From: Acidimicrobiia bacterium
GTDB taxonomy: Bacteria; Actinomycetota; Acidimicrobiia; Spongiisociales; UBA5794
NCBI GenBank assembly: GCA_041608535.1
Contig: JBFISM010000001.1
Coordinates: 30,139-94,138, forward strand
Direction: 5' to 3'
DNA length: 64,000 nt
Below the pieces are notes generated by a model that did no database searches, was not told where the DNA came from, and saw nothing but the letters and a program-made list of their open reading frames with translations. Each line of letters begins with the position of its first letter. Position 1 is the stretch's first letter. Both the position numbers and the translations under genes were made by a program. Positions 9,411 through 19,277 of the stretch are shown here, in pieces.

Positions 9411-10652
9411 ATGGTATCCCACGTGCTGGCACCGGATCGGGTGTTCGACGCAGCCACCGGCACCATGCTCACCGATCATGCAATCGTCATCGATGACGGG
9501 CTCGTGCGTGCCGTAGCACCGGTGGCGGAGGTCGCCGACCGTATCACCCAACCACTCCCACACGTGACGCTGCTGCCGGGTCTCATCGATTCCCACACCC
9601 ATCTGGCAGCACCACTCGATGACGGACACGGCTTTGCGTCCTTGGTGCAGCGCAGCGGCGCCCAAGATGCGCTCATCGGCGTGAAACACGCCGCCGAGAC
9701 CGTCCGCGCGGGCTTCACCACGGTCAGAGACATCGGGACCTGGCGCGCCTTCACCGATGTCGCGCTGCGCGATGCGATCGATGCCGGCTGGGTGGCCGGG
9801 CCGAGAATGCAGTGCGCCGGTGCCTACCTCACGGCGCCGGGTGGCGCCGGCGACATCACCGGTCTCGCCGTCGACGTCGATGCCGTGGTCCCCCGCGAGC
9901 TCCGCTTCGGCGTAGCGAGCGGTGCCGACCAGGTTCGCTCCACCGTCCGCCAGATACTCCGCTACGGCGCCGACTTCATCAAGGTGCTCGCCACCGGCGC
10001 GGTGCTCACCTCGGGTACCCGCCCCGGTGCGCCGGAGTTCACCGCCGCCGAGCTGTCGGCTGCGGTGGAGACGGCCACGGACGCCGGCACATACGTCGCC
10101 GCCCACGCTCACGGCACCGACGGCATCAAGCGGGCGGTGCGTGCCGGGGTCCGCTCCATCGAGCACGGCTCGATGCTCGACGACGAAGCCATCGAGCTCA
10201 TGGTCGATACCGGAACCTATCTCGTGGCCGACCTGTACGACGGGGACTACATACTCGAGGTCGGCCCTGAGCGCGGGTACAGCGACGAGGTGCTCCGCAA
10301 GACGGCAGAGACCACCGACGTGCAGCGCAGCGGCTTCACCAAAGCCGTGCACGCCGGCGTGAAGGTCGCCTTTGGCAGCGACGCCGGCGTGTTTCCCCAC
10401 GGATCACAGGGGCGCCAGTTCGCCTACTACGTCGATCATGGTCTCACCCCGGCCCAGGCGATCCAATCCGCAACGGCATGGGCGGCCGAGCTGCTCGGCT
10501 GGGACGACCGGGTTGGCCGTCTCTCGCCGGGCATGCTCGCCGACGTGATCGGCGTGGTGGGGAATCCTCTGGACGACATTCGTCTGCTGGAGACCGTCAC
10601 CATGGTCATGTGTCGTGGTGAGTGGATCGTCCCGCCAGCGACATCGCTGTGA
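9411..10652 (+). CDS. amidohydrolase family protein (metal-dependent hydrolase)
   Basis: N-terminal HxH metal motif LIDSHTHL, later HAHG and conserved Asp region typical of amidohydrolase superfamily. Confidence 0.8.
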   Translation: MVSHVLAPDRVFDAATGTMLTDHAIVIDDGLVRAVAPVAEVADRITQPLPHVTLLPGLIDSHTHLAAPLDDGHGFASLVQRSGAQDALIGVKHAAETVRAGFTTVRDIGTWRAFTDVALRDAIDAGWVAGPRMQCAGAYLTAPGGAGDITGLAVDVDAVVPRELRFGVASGADQVRSTVRQILRYGADFIKVLATGAVLTSGTRPGAPEFTAAELSAAVETATDAGTYVAAHAHGTDGIKRAVRAGVRSIEHGSMLDDEAIELMVDTGTYLVADLYDGDYILEVGPERGYSDEVLRKTAETTDVQRSGFTKAVHAGVKVAFGSDAGVFPHGSQGRQFAYYVDHGLTPAQAIQSATAWAAELLGWDDRVGRLSPGMLADVIGVVGNPLDDIRLLETVTMVMCRGEWIVPPATSL

Positions 10653-10680
10653 ACCGGGCGCCGGCGATCGCGATGCTCCT

Positions 10681-11475
10681 TCAGACCTCGGTCGCCTCCA
10701 GCTGCGCCCGCGCAAAGGCCGTCCGCATGACGGCCTCCGGATAGGGACCGGCGTTCGCATCGAACGTTCCTGCCCGCAATCCCTCACGACACAGCGCAGC
10801 AACGGCGGTCAACTCCTCGACCTGCGTAGCCACCTCGGCGCGGGTCATCGTGTCTCCGTGACCGGGCACCACCCCCCGGGAACCCATGGCCGCCAGCGCA
10901 GTGGCGGTCTCCCGCCACGCCAGCGGGAACCCGTCACCAAACACCGGTGGAGCACCGTTTTCCAGCAGATCGCCGGCAAACAGCACATCGGCATCGGACA
11001 CGGTGACCACCACGTCGCTGTCGGTGTGTCCCCGACCCAGCCACACCAGCGAGACCACCCTACCCCCGATGTCGATGTCGGCCCGCGGGTCGGCGACGTG
11101 CTGCGGGGGGACGATCACCACCTCCTCGACCACTGCCCGCTCCTCCTCCCCCAACCAGGCGATGGCATCGCGCTTCGCCCGTTCCCCCTCGTGCTCGAGA
11201 TACTCCCGGCACCGCACGTGGCCCCAGATGGCAGACTCCGCGAACTCGGCGTTGCCAAACACGTGATCCCAGTGATAGTGCGTGTTCACGACCCAGCGCA
11301 CCGGCAGCGACGTCACCTGCGCGATCTCGGTGAGGAGCTCGCGGGCCTGTCTCTGCGACTGGCGGGTGTCGACGACGAGTGCACCGTCTTCGCCGAGGAC
11401 CAGCCCCACATTGAGATCGAGCGAAGTGAAGCGACGGCGATAGACGGAGTCGGCGATCTCGTCCCAGACGGTCAT
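10681..11475 (-). CDS. MBL-fold metallo-hydrolase
   Basis: HxHxDH motif NTHYHWDHVFG and downstream His/Asp ligands; start at MTVWDEIADSV (ORF-track upstream is artefact). Confidence 0.8.
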   Translation of the reverse strand: MTVWDEIADSVYRRRFTSLDLNVGLVLGEDGALVVDTRQSQRQARELLTEIAQVTSLPVRWVVNTHYHWDHVFGNAEFAESAIWGHVRCREYLEHEGERAKRDAIAWLGEEERAVVEEVVIVPPQHVADPRADIDIGGRVVSLVWLGRGHTDSDVVVTVSDADVLFAGDLLENGAPPVFGDGFPLAWRETATALAAMGSRGVVPGHGDTMTRAEVATQVEELTAVAALCREGLRAGTFDANAGPYPEAVMRTAFARAQLEATEV

Positions 11476-11542
11476 CGCAGCGAGTCTACGGGCGACCCGT
11501 CCCACCCTCCCCCAACGGCCGGCGATCGGTACGATCGACGTC

Positions 11543-11857
11543 GTGAGCGAGCCCGATGTCTCAGCACCCGATATCGCAGAGCCCGAGCTGGCCGAGCTGC
11601 TGCGGCGGACGGGCCACGCCCACCATGCCGCGTACGCTGCCACCAACGGCGCTGATCCGGAGTGGGCGCTGTGGTACGCCGGATATCTCCAGGCGCACCT
11701 CGACACTCGCCTGGGACGAGTTCTCACTCGCAGCGAGCTGACCTACCTCCTCATCGATGCAGAACGCTCCCACACTGCGTCGGGAGCCGACCGACCCTGG
11801 CCCGAGCACTACGCCGCCAGGATCCTCGGCGGCGCCGCCGAGGAGCGCAGGGGCTGA
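11543..11857 (+). CDS. hypothetical protein
   Basis: 104-aa ORF, GTG start, protein-like composition; no family recognised. Confidence 0.5.
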   Translation: MSEPDVSAPDIAEPELAELLRRTGHAHHAAYAATNGADPEWALWYAGYLQAHLDTRLGRVLTRSELTYLLIDAERSHTASGADRPWPEHYAARILGGAAEERRG

Positions 11858-11869
11858 CGCAGCGGCGTA

Positions 11870-13804
11870 TCAGGCCGGCTCGATCTCGCGATCGATGCCG
11901 GCGATCTCGTAGGCCTGATCCTCCTCGAGCGTCTCCTTGTCGAGCAGAGCCGCCGCCAGCGCATCGAGCTTGTCCCGATGTTTCTCCAGCATCTCCCGGG
12001 CACGCTGCTCGCACTTCTCGATGATGCTGCGCACCTCCTCGTCGACCAGGCGCTGGGTGTGCTCCGATACCTGATCTGCGCCGAAGGGTGACGGAGCCGG
12101 GTCGTCCTTGACCACGGCGACCGGACCGATCCGTTCGGACATGCCCCAGCGGCCCACCATGTTGCGGGCGAGCTGAGTGGCTTGGGTGAGGTCGTTCTCG
12201 GCACCAGTGGTCCGCTCCCCGAAGACGAGCTCCTCGGCCACACGTCCGCCGAGAGCACCGACGATGCGGCCGAGCAGGTAATCCTGGGTGTAGGCGTAGC
12301 GATCGGCTTCCGGGCTCTGGAACGTGACACCGAGCGCCCTGCCCCGCGGAATGATGGAGATCTTGCGCACCGGGTCGGCGCCGGGCTCGAGCATGCCCAA
12401 CAGCGCATGACCAGATTCGTGATACGCGGTGCGCTCCCGATCGGCCTGGGTCATCATGATCTTGCGCTCCGCACCGAGCACGATCTGCTCCAAGGCGTCG
12501 GTGAAGTCGGCGATCTGCACCTGCTCATGACCGCGCCGCGCCGCCATGAGCGCGGCCTCGTTGACGAGATTGCGCAGATCCGCACCGACCATCCCCGGCG
12601 TTGATGATGCGATGGTGCCGAGGTCGACGTCGGGCGCCAGCGGTACGTCCCGCGTGTGCACCTCCAGGATCGCTTTCCTGCCGATCTGGTCTGGTGGCGA
12701 AACAGTGACGTGGCGATCGAACCGCCCGGGGCGCAGCAGCGCCGGATCGAGGATGTCGGGGCGGTTGGTGGCCGCGATCACGATCACACCCTCGTTGCCG
12801 GCGAACCCGTCCATCTCGGTGAGAATTTGATTGAGTGTTTGCTCGCGTTCGTCGTGGCCCCCGAACGACATCGCTCCACCGCGTGCCCGACCGATCGCAT
12901 CGATCTCATCGATGAACACGATCGCCGGAGCGGCCTCCTTGGCCTTCTCGAACAGGTCCCGCACCCGGCTGGCTCCCACACCAACCACCATCTCGATGAA
13001 CTCGGATGCCGCCATCGAGAAGAACGGAACGCTGGCTTCCCCGGCGACGGCCTTGGCCAGCAGCGTCTTGCCGGTCCCCGGGGGGCCGCTCAACAGCACA
13101 CCGCGGGGAATCGCCGCACCGAGCTTCGTGTATTTCTCCGGGTTGCGCAGGAAGTCGACCACTTCGACCAGCTGATTCTCGGCGTCGTCGATACCGGCGA
13201 CGTCCTCGAAGGTCACTCTGTCCTTGCTCGGCTCGTACTGCTGCGCCCGACTCGTCCCGAGACCGCCCAGCGCACCCAGTCCCTGGCCGGCCCTGCGGTA
13301 GAAGCTGAAGAACAACCACAGAAGCAGCAGCGTCGGCCCGAAGCCGAAGATGATCTGCTGCCACAGCGGTACGTCGTCGACCGGCTCGGCGTTGACCACG
13401 ACGCCGGCATCGATGAGCCGCTGCAGCAGGTCGTCCTCGGCGAAGACCGGACGGCGTGTCTCGAAGGTGCGGGACGTGATGGTCTCGTCCTCGGGGTCGG
13501 CAACCGGTTCGCCAAATGTGCCTTGGATGGCCTCACCAGTGGTCACGACGCTGTCGACATTGCCGGCGTCGAGCTGCTCGAGGAACGTGGTGTACGGGAT
13601 GCGGATCGCCGCCTCGGGGCCGAGCACCCAGCTCGACACGAACCAGTTGACCACCAGCGCCGCCAGCAGAGCCGCCCAGAACCAGCGCCCACCGGGTGTG
13701 GGCGAGCGCCACAGGGGACGGCGCTCCTCGTCGTCGGGAAGGCCTTCGACGCGCCATTCGGGGTCACGTTTCGTGTTCGTCGTGTTCTTGTTCTCTGTTG
13801 CCAT
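11870..13804 (-). CDS. ftsH: ATP-dependent zinc metalloprotease FtsH
   Basis: N-terminal TM pair, AAA Walker [17 protein letters not shown] zinc site HESGHAL; 644 aa. Confidence 0.95.
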   Translation of the reverse strand: MATENKNTTNTKRDPEWRVEGLPDDEERRPLWRSPTPGGRWFWAALLAALVVNWFVSSWVLGPEAAIRIPYTTFLEQLDAGNVDSVVTTGEAIQGTFGEPVADPEDETITSRTFETRRPVFAEDDLLQRLIDAGVVVNAEPVDDVPLWQQIIFGFGPTLLLLWLFFSFYRRAGQGLGALGGLGTSRAQQYEPSKDRVTFEDVAGIDDAENQLVEVVDFLRNPEKYTKLGAAIPRGVLLSGPPGTGKTLLAKAVAGEASVPFFSMAASEFIEMVVGVGASRVRDLFEKAKEAAPAIVFIDEIDAIGRARGGAMSFGGHDEREQTLNQILTEMDGFAGNEGVIVIAATNRPDILDPALLRPGRFDRHVTVSPPDQIGRKAILEVHTRDVPLAPDVDLGTIASSTPGMVGADLRNLVNEAALMAARRGHEQVQIADFTDALEQIVLGAERKIMMTQADRERTAYHESGHALLGMLEPGADPVRKISIIPRGRALGVTFQSPEADRYAYTQDYLLGRIVGALGGRVAEELVFGERTTGAENDLTQATQLARNMVGRWGMSERIGPVAVVKDDPAPSPFGADQVSEHTQRLVDEEVRSIIEKCEQRAREMLEKHRDKLDALAAALLDKETLEEDQAYEIAGIDREIEPA

Positions 13805-13938
13805 ATCCGGGGTCTGCCTGGACGGGGAGCCGACGCGATCAGGGAGTGCTTACCCCGCGCAGGCCGGCGAAAACACCCGCTGTCTCAAGAGTATCGCTCC
13901 GTGGGGACTCCGTGGGGACAAGGCGCACCAGCGGTCGG

Positions 13939-15744
13939 CTAGTTGGGTACCAAGATGACGGCGCTGTATGGACCGAGACCGACGTCGAGCGAGGCCGGCA
14001 TCCCTTCGCGGGACTGCTCGTCCGCCGACAGCTCGGTCGCACCGCTTCCGGTGAAATGCTCGTGATACTGCGGCGCATCGCTGTCGAAGATCACCCGCCA
14101 GCCGCCTGTCTGGGGAACACCGATGGTGTACCGGTCATAACGGCGATCGGCGAAGTTGGCGACGACCACTACATCCCCGCTCTCATCGTCAGCCCAGCGG
14201 TGATAGGCCAGCACCTTGTCGGCGTCGTTGATGTGGTGCACACGAAGATGCTGCCCGGTGAGCCCCGCGGTGGCTCCCGCCCGGTTGCGGCGTAGTGCGA
14301 TGAGGTCGGCGAAGAGTTGAACGATTCCGGCATGTGTCTCCAAGCGGCTCCAATCGATCGGGTCGTCGTCGCGGAACCACTGGTCTTCGAGCAACTCCTG
14401 ACCCTGGAAGATCATCGGCACCCCCGGTGCGGTGAACACCAGCACGGCACCGAGGATCGAACGCTTCACGGAATGCCAGCCGTCGGCGTTGCCCGGCCAG
14501 ATCTCTTCGGGCACCCGCGCTTTGCCGTTGGCAACTTCATCGTGGGACTCGGTGTAGATGATGCGACGGAACGCATCGGCGCCGTAGCGATGATCGAGGG
14601 CCCGGGCCACCGCCCACATGTCGCGGCGGGCGTCGTCAGCCTCGATGAGAGCTGCCCGCACCGGGAAGACGAATTGGTCGTCCCACTGCGCATCGAAGCC
14701 GGCGCCTCCTGCGTCGGTCGGCTCTGTGATCGCAGGATGGCCCCGCAGATCTTCGGCGATCGAAACCTTCCACGGTTGACGCTGGTTGATGGCATCGTTC
14801 ACCTCACGGAGGACTGCCCAGCCGTCGGCTAGCTCCGCTCCCGGATCGGAGCCGCCCCAGACGTTGCGGACGTATGCGGTGGCGTCCCAGCGCAACCCAT
14901 CGATGCGGTAGTCCTCGATCCACATCAAAGCGTTGTCTGTGAGATAGCGCCGCACCTCGGGGCGGCCATAGTCGGGTCGGGTGTCACCCCACGGTGTGGA
15001 CGCACGCCAGTCGTTGTAGAAGTAGATCCCACCGCCCTCGTTCTCGTACCACCCGTCGAAGCGCCACATATCGAGGTCGGAGGGTCCGAAGTGGTTGTAG
15101 ACCACATCGATGATCACCGCCATCCCTCGTTCATGGGCAGCCCGCACGAAGTCCTTGAATGCATCGGGGCCGCCGTAGTCGCTCTCGATGGCGAAAGGAT
15201 GCGCCGGGTTGTATCCCCAGGACCGCTCCCCGGGAAACTCCATCGGTGGCATGAGCTCGATGGCGTTGACCCCGAGTCGTGCGAGATGCTCGAGCCGCGC
15301 GATGGCTGAAGTGAAGTCACCGGGGCCGTCGCCCGGAGGATCGGTGAACGTGCCGAGGTGCATCTCGTAGATGACCATCTCGTGCCAGGGCGGAGAGCGG
15401 TAGTCGTCGGGCACCAGCCAGTCGTAGTCGTCGGTTCGATGGATGACTGCGTTCCCGACGCTGCTCGTGACCTGGCGGGCGTACGGATCGAGGCGATACA
15501 GCGGCGCATCGGCGTGGACGATCAACTTGTACTCATCCCCCGGCTGTGCCCCTTCGATCCAGCCCTCCCACACACCGTCGCCGGTGGCGTCGAGCGAGTG
15601 ACGGCCCTCTTCCCAGGCGCTGAAGTCTCCGACGACCTCCACGTCCGAGGCGTTGGGGGCCCACACCCGGAACGTGGTGCCGTTCTCATCGGGAATCGCC
15701 CCCATCCCCCGAGCGGCCACGACCGAATCGTCAGCCGGCGTCAC
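13939..15744 (-). CDS. GH13 alpha-amylase family glycosidase, TreZ-like (malto-oligosyltrehalose trehalohydrolase-type)
   Basis: N-terminal E-set/CBM48 motif FRVWAPNASDVEVVGDFSAW; GH13 regions DVVYNHFGP, GLRWDAT; 601 aa. Confidence 0.8.
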   Translation of the reverse strand: MTPADDSVVAARGMGAIPDENGTTFRVWAPNASDVEVVGDFSAWEEGRHSLDATGDGVWEGWIEGAQPGDEYKLIVHADAPLYRLDPYARQVTSSVGNAVIHRTDDYDWLVPDDYRSPPWHEMVIYEMHLGTFTDPPGDGPGDFTSAIARLEHLARLGVNAIELMPPMEFPGERSWGYNPAHPFAIESDYGGPDAFKDFVRAAHERGMAVIIDVVYNHFGPSDLDMWRFDGWYENEGGGIYFYNDWRASTPWGDTRPDYGRPEVRRYLTDNALMWIEDYRIDGLRWDATAYVRNVWGGSDPGAELADGWAVLREVNDAINQRQPWKVSIAEDLRGHPAITEPTDAGGAGFDAQWDDQFVFPVRAALIEADDARRDMWAVARALDHRYGADAFRRIIYTESHDEVANGKARVPEEIWPGNADGWHSVKRSILGAVLVFTAPGVPMIFQGQELLEDQWFRDDDPIDWSRLETHAGIVQLFADLIALRRNRAGATAGLTGQHLRVHHINDADKVLAYHRWADDESGDVVVVANFADRRYDRYTIGVPQTGGWRVIFDSDAPQYHEHFTGSGATELSADEQSREGMPASLDVGLGPYSAVILVPN

Positions 15745-16145
15745 GTTGCGGCCACCCGGTCGTCATGCATGGTCACGGCGAGATGGATGGCGGCCGCACC
15801 CGTCAGCAAATGCATCGGCGCCAACCAGATCCGGGACGCCGTGTCGATGACTTCGTCGACGACGATCGGGGTCATCGACAACAACGTGACGACGACGGCC
15901 AGCGCCACGAACACCGGCGTCGCCCACTGCCGCAGCACGCGGCGGAGCAGTGCGAACATCACCATGCTCATCGACATCGGCACCACCGTGGCGAACACGA
16001 CCGCTGCGAGCGGCACTTGCTGCGGCTCACCGGCGCTGGCCGGGGAGACGACGAGGGACACATCGAGCAGACGCGCCGCAAGCCACAGCACACTGTTGAG
16101 GGCTGCTGTCGCTGCGATGACGATTGCGATCCTGCGCCAATCCAT
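15741..16145 (-). CDS. hypothetical membrane protein
   Basis: 134 aa, 3-4 TM helices; stop overlaps start of GH13 gene (ATGA). Confidence 0.55.
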   Translation of the reverse strand: MDWRRIAIVIAATAALNSVLWLAARLLDVSLVVSPASAGEPQQVPLAAVVFATVVPMSMSMVMFALLRRVLRQWATPVFVALAVVVTLLSMTPIVVDEVIDTASRIWLAPMHLLTGAAAIHLAVTMHDDRVAAT

Positions 16146-16319
16146 GTCACCCGTGTTCGAGGGAGTGCTTGCTCGTGAACCGAGCGGCGATCCTGCCGCC
16201 GAGGGTGCACCCTACCCACCATGCGCCCGACCCAACCATCGCGACCGTGCACACGGCAACCCCGGCACGGATTCCACGACATCGGGCTGGGGCAACGGGT
16301 GCCGGTCCGTTTCGTGGTC

Positions 16320-16559
16320 TCAGCGATCGAGCAATCGCCGACCCGAGATCCACGACGCGACAGCGGCCACCATGAGAAGCACACCGGGAACCCATGCTCC
16401 GAACAGGATGGCGAGCACACCGAGACCGCCGAGCGGAGCGGCGAGCAGCGACAGCAGCGTCGCCAGCACGGTCGGCGTGGACGCACCTCCCTCGAGCCAT
16501 TGCGGCGTCTTACGGGTCACGGGACGTGAAGGACTGGAGCACGGTGGCGAGCGTGGCAT
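16320..16559 (-). CDS. small hypothetical membrane protein
   Basis: 79-aa ORF with two hydrophobic helices; weak support. Confidence 0.3.
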   Translation of the reverse strand: MPRSPPCSSPSRPVTRKTPQWLEGGASTPTVLATLLSLLAAPLGGLGVLAILFGAWVPGVLLMVAAVASWISGRRLLDR

Positions 16560-16624
16560 GCATGGTTCGGTGATTGAGTATGGTCGCCTCCTCGTAGGTC
16601 GGGCTCTGCGAATAACCTGGGCGC

Positions 16625-17704
16625 ATGGATCTTCCCGTGATGCCGCCGCTCAAACCCATGCTGGCCAAGCCGGTACCCGAGCTCCCCGAAGGCGACATGT
16701 CCTATGAGCCCAAATGGGATGGATTTCGCTGCATCGTGTTTCGCGACGGGGACGAGGTGGTGATGGGATCACGCAACGAGCGACCGCTCAACCGGTATTT
16801 CCCCGAGATGGTCGAGCCCTTCAAAGCCTCGTTTCCCGAGCGCTGCGTGGTGGATGGCGAGATCTTCGTGAGCATCGACGGCAAGCTCGAGTTCGACGCA
16901 CTCGGGCAGCGGATCCACCCGGCCGATTCGCGAGTCCAGATGCTTGCTGAGGAGACACCTGCCGACTTCGTTGCCTTTGATCTGCTCGCCCTGGACGACG
17001 AGTCGTTCCTGGATCGGCCATTTGCCGAGCGCCGCAGCGCACTCGAGAGCATCGCAGACCGGTTCGCTCCGCCCGTGCATCTCGCCCCGGCCACGACAGA
17101 CCCTGCCGTTGCGCTGGAGTGGTTCGATTCCACCGAGGCTGCGGGTCTCGACGGACTCATCGTCAAGCCGCGCGCAGCCGTCTATGCGCCGAACAAGCGA
17201 ACCCAGTTCAAGCTGAAGCACGTTCGCAGCGCCGACTGCGTCGTTGCGGGGTATCGCATGCACAAATCGGGAGACGGTGTGGGGTCGTTGATCCTCGGTC
17301 TGTACAGCCCCGAGGGTCAGCTGTGGCATGTCGGCGTCGCCGCGAGCTTCACAGCCAACAAACGCAAGGAGTTGGTCACCGAGATGGAGCCGCTGGCGCT
17401 CGAGGATCTCAGCGGTCATCCCTGGGCCGAGTGGATGGACGCCGAGGCGAACGCAGACGGGTCCATGCCGGGCGCCCCCAACCGGTGGAGCGGTGCCGGC
17501 GATCGCGACCACTCCTGGATCCCGGTGCGACCGGAGCGGGTGGTGGAGGTGCAATACACGTGGGCTTCGGCGGGACGATTCCGGGGCACTACCAAGATGC
17601 TGCGGTGGCGGCCTGATCGCGATCCCGAATCGTGCAGTACCACCCAGCTGGCCGATCCACCCCCGGCCGCCACCGACTCCCCCGTCGCCGCCATCGTCGG
17701 TTGA
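16625..17704 (+). CDS. ligC: ATP-dependent DNA ligase (LigC-type)
   Basis: adenylation motif EPKWDGFR (KxDG), OB-fold C-terminus; 359 aa. Confidence 0.85.
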   Translation: MDLPVMPPLKPMLAKPVPELPEGDMSYEPKWDGFRCIVFRDGDEVVMGSRNERPLNRYFPEMVEPFKASFPERCVVDGEIFVSIDGKLEFDALGQRIHPADSRVQMLAEETPADFVAFDLLALDDESFLDRPFAERRSALESIADRFAPPVHLAPATTDPAVALEWFDSTEAAGLDGLIVKPRAAVYAPNKRTQFKLKHVRSADCVVAGYRMHKSGDGVGSLILGLYSPEGQLWHVGVAASFTANKRKELVTEMEPLALEDLSGHPWAEWMDAEANADGSMPGAPNRWSGAGDRDHSWIPVRPERVVEVQYTWASAGRFRGTTKMLRWRPDRDPESCSTTQLADPPPAATDSPVAAIVG

Positions 17705-17712
17705 CCAATTCC

Positions 17713-18225
17713 GTGCCGCCGCGCGATGCGATCCGGGGCGCCCGTCCTGAAGATGCGGAAGCGATTCTCGAGATCTACGCCCCAATCGTGCGGGACACCG
17801 CGATCTCCTTCGAGCTGGAGCCGCCGACGATCGCGGCGATGACACAGCGGATAGCTACGGTCACCCAGGACGATCCATGGATGGTGCTCGAATCGGACGT
17901 CGGGCTGGCCGGATACGCCTACGCCACCACATTCCGGGGGCGCGATGCCTATGACCCGACGCGTGAGACCACGGTCTACGTCCACCCGGACCATCGCCGG
18001 CGCGGTGTCGGAAGACGGCTGATGGTCGCCCTGCTCGACGAGTTGCGCCGCAATGGCACGCATCTCGCCATCGGCGTCATCGCCCTCCCCAACCCAGCCA
18101 GCGTCACTTTTCACGAGTCGCTCGGCTTTCGCCCCGCCGGCAGGCTCCACCAGGTCGCTTGGAAGCTGGGACGCTGGCACGACGAAGGATTCTGGGAGCT
18201 GCTGCTCGAATCCGATAGCAGCTGA
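17713..18225 (+). CDS. GNAT family N-acetyltransferase (phosphinothricin acetyltransferase-like)
   Basis: GNAT motif HRRRGVGRRLM; GTG start at 17713 just after ligase stop; ORF-track upstream Arg-rich extension overlaps ligase and is artefact. Confidence 0.75.
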   Translation: MPPRDAIRGARPEDAEAILEIYAPIVRDTAISFELEPPTIAAMTQRIATVTQDDPWMVLESDVGLAGYAYATTFRGRDAYDPTRETTVYVHPDHRRRGVGRRLMVALLDELRRNGTHLAIGVIALPNPASVTFHESLGFRPAGRLHQVAWKLGRWHDEGFWELLLESDSS

Positions 18226-18299
18226 CCCGGCACACCGGCTCTCACGTCGGCTCTCACATCGATGTGTCAATCTGCTCGCACCCCACAGGAGAACCACCC

Positions 18300-19205
18300 A
18301 TGGACATCCACTCCGACCACGACGACCACGGCGGGCTCGACCGCGACCTGCCCCACCTTCTCGACCGACGCCAGGCGCTGCGCTGGATGGGGGGTGTCAG
18401 CCTGGCGGGTCTGCTCGTCGCGTGCGGTCTCGACGGCGACTCCGCCGAGTCGTCATCGCCCGCACCCGCTACGACGACCACACCGGCGACCACGACCCCT
18501 GCAGCGCCGGCGGCGACAAGCAGCACCACCCAGTTGACGGCTCTTACTCCCGACACCACCACCACGGCGCCGACCGACACGGCGGCCCCCGGCGCCGAGA
18601 TCCCGGACGAGACGGCAGGTCCCTTCCCGGCCGACGGCTCGAACGGACCCAACGTGCTCGCCGACGACGGCGTCGTCAGGGCCGATCTCACCACGAGCTT
18701 CGGCGGCTTGACCGGTACCGCCGACGGTGTTCCCGCGGTGTTCCAGCTCGCCATCGTCGATGCCGCCTCGGGTACCCCGCTCCCCGGCGCCGTCGTCTAC
18801 CTGTGGCACTGCACCGCCGACGGGCGCTATTCGATCTACGAGATCGCCGATGAGAACTACTTGCGTGGTGCGGGAGTGGCCGACGACGCCGGCCGCGTGG
18901 CCTTCACCTCGGTGTTTCCCGGGTGCTACCGGGGTCGCTGGCCACACTGCCACTTCGAGGTGTACCCCTCCCTCGCCGAGGCCACCAGCGGCGGCACGGC
19001 GATCAAGACGTCGCAGCTGGCCCTTCCCCAAGCAGACTGTGAAGTGGTCTACACCGACCCGAGCTACGGGAACAGCGCGGCCAACCTGGCCCGATTGTCG
19101 CTCGACACCGACAACGTCTTCCGCGACGGATGGTCCGAGCAGCTCGCCACGGTTGCCGGGTCGACCGATGAAGGATTCACCGCATCGTTGCTGGTACGGG
19201 TGTGA
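18300..19205 (+). CDS. Tat-secreted intradiol ring-cleavage dioxygenase family protein
   Basis: twin-arginine signal DRRQALRWMGGVSLAGLLVAC; Thr/Pro-rich linker; dioxygenase motif YLWHCTADGRYS. Confidence 0.7.
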   Translation: MDIHSDHDDHGGLDRDLPHLLDRRQALRWMGGVSLAGLLVACGLDGDSAESSSPAPATTTTPATTTPAAPAATSSTTQLTALTPDTTTTAPTDTAAPGAEIPDETAGPFPADGSNGPNVLADDGVVRADLTTSFGGLTGTADGVPAVFQLAIVDAASGTPLPGAVVYLWHCTADGRYSIYEIADENYLRGAGVADDAGRVAFTSVFPGCYRGRWPHCHFEVYPSLAEATSGGTAIKTSQLALPQADCEVVYTDPSYGNSAANLARLSLDTDNVFRDGWSEQLATVAGSTDEGFTASLLVRV

Positions 19206-19277
19206 CCCGGAAAGCCGCTCGGCGAAACAAGGCACCGATCCGCCGACCGGAGGCGGCCGGTCTCCTAGCATCTGCCC

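Noticed and set aside
15358-16707. 449-aa plus-strand ORF
   Set aside because: Antisense to the GH13 and membrane protein genes; Arg/Ser/Ala-rich artefact.
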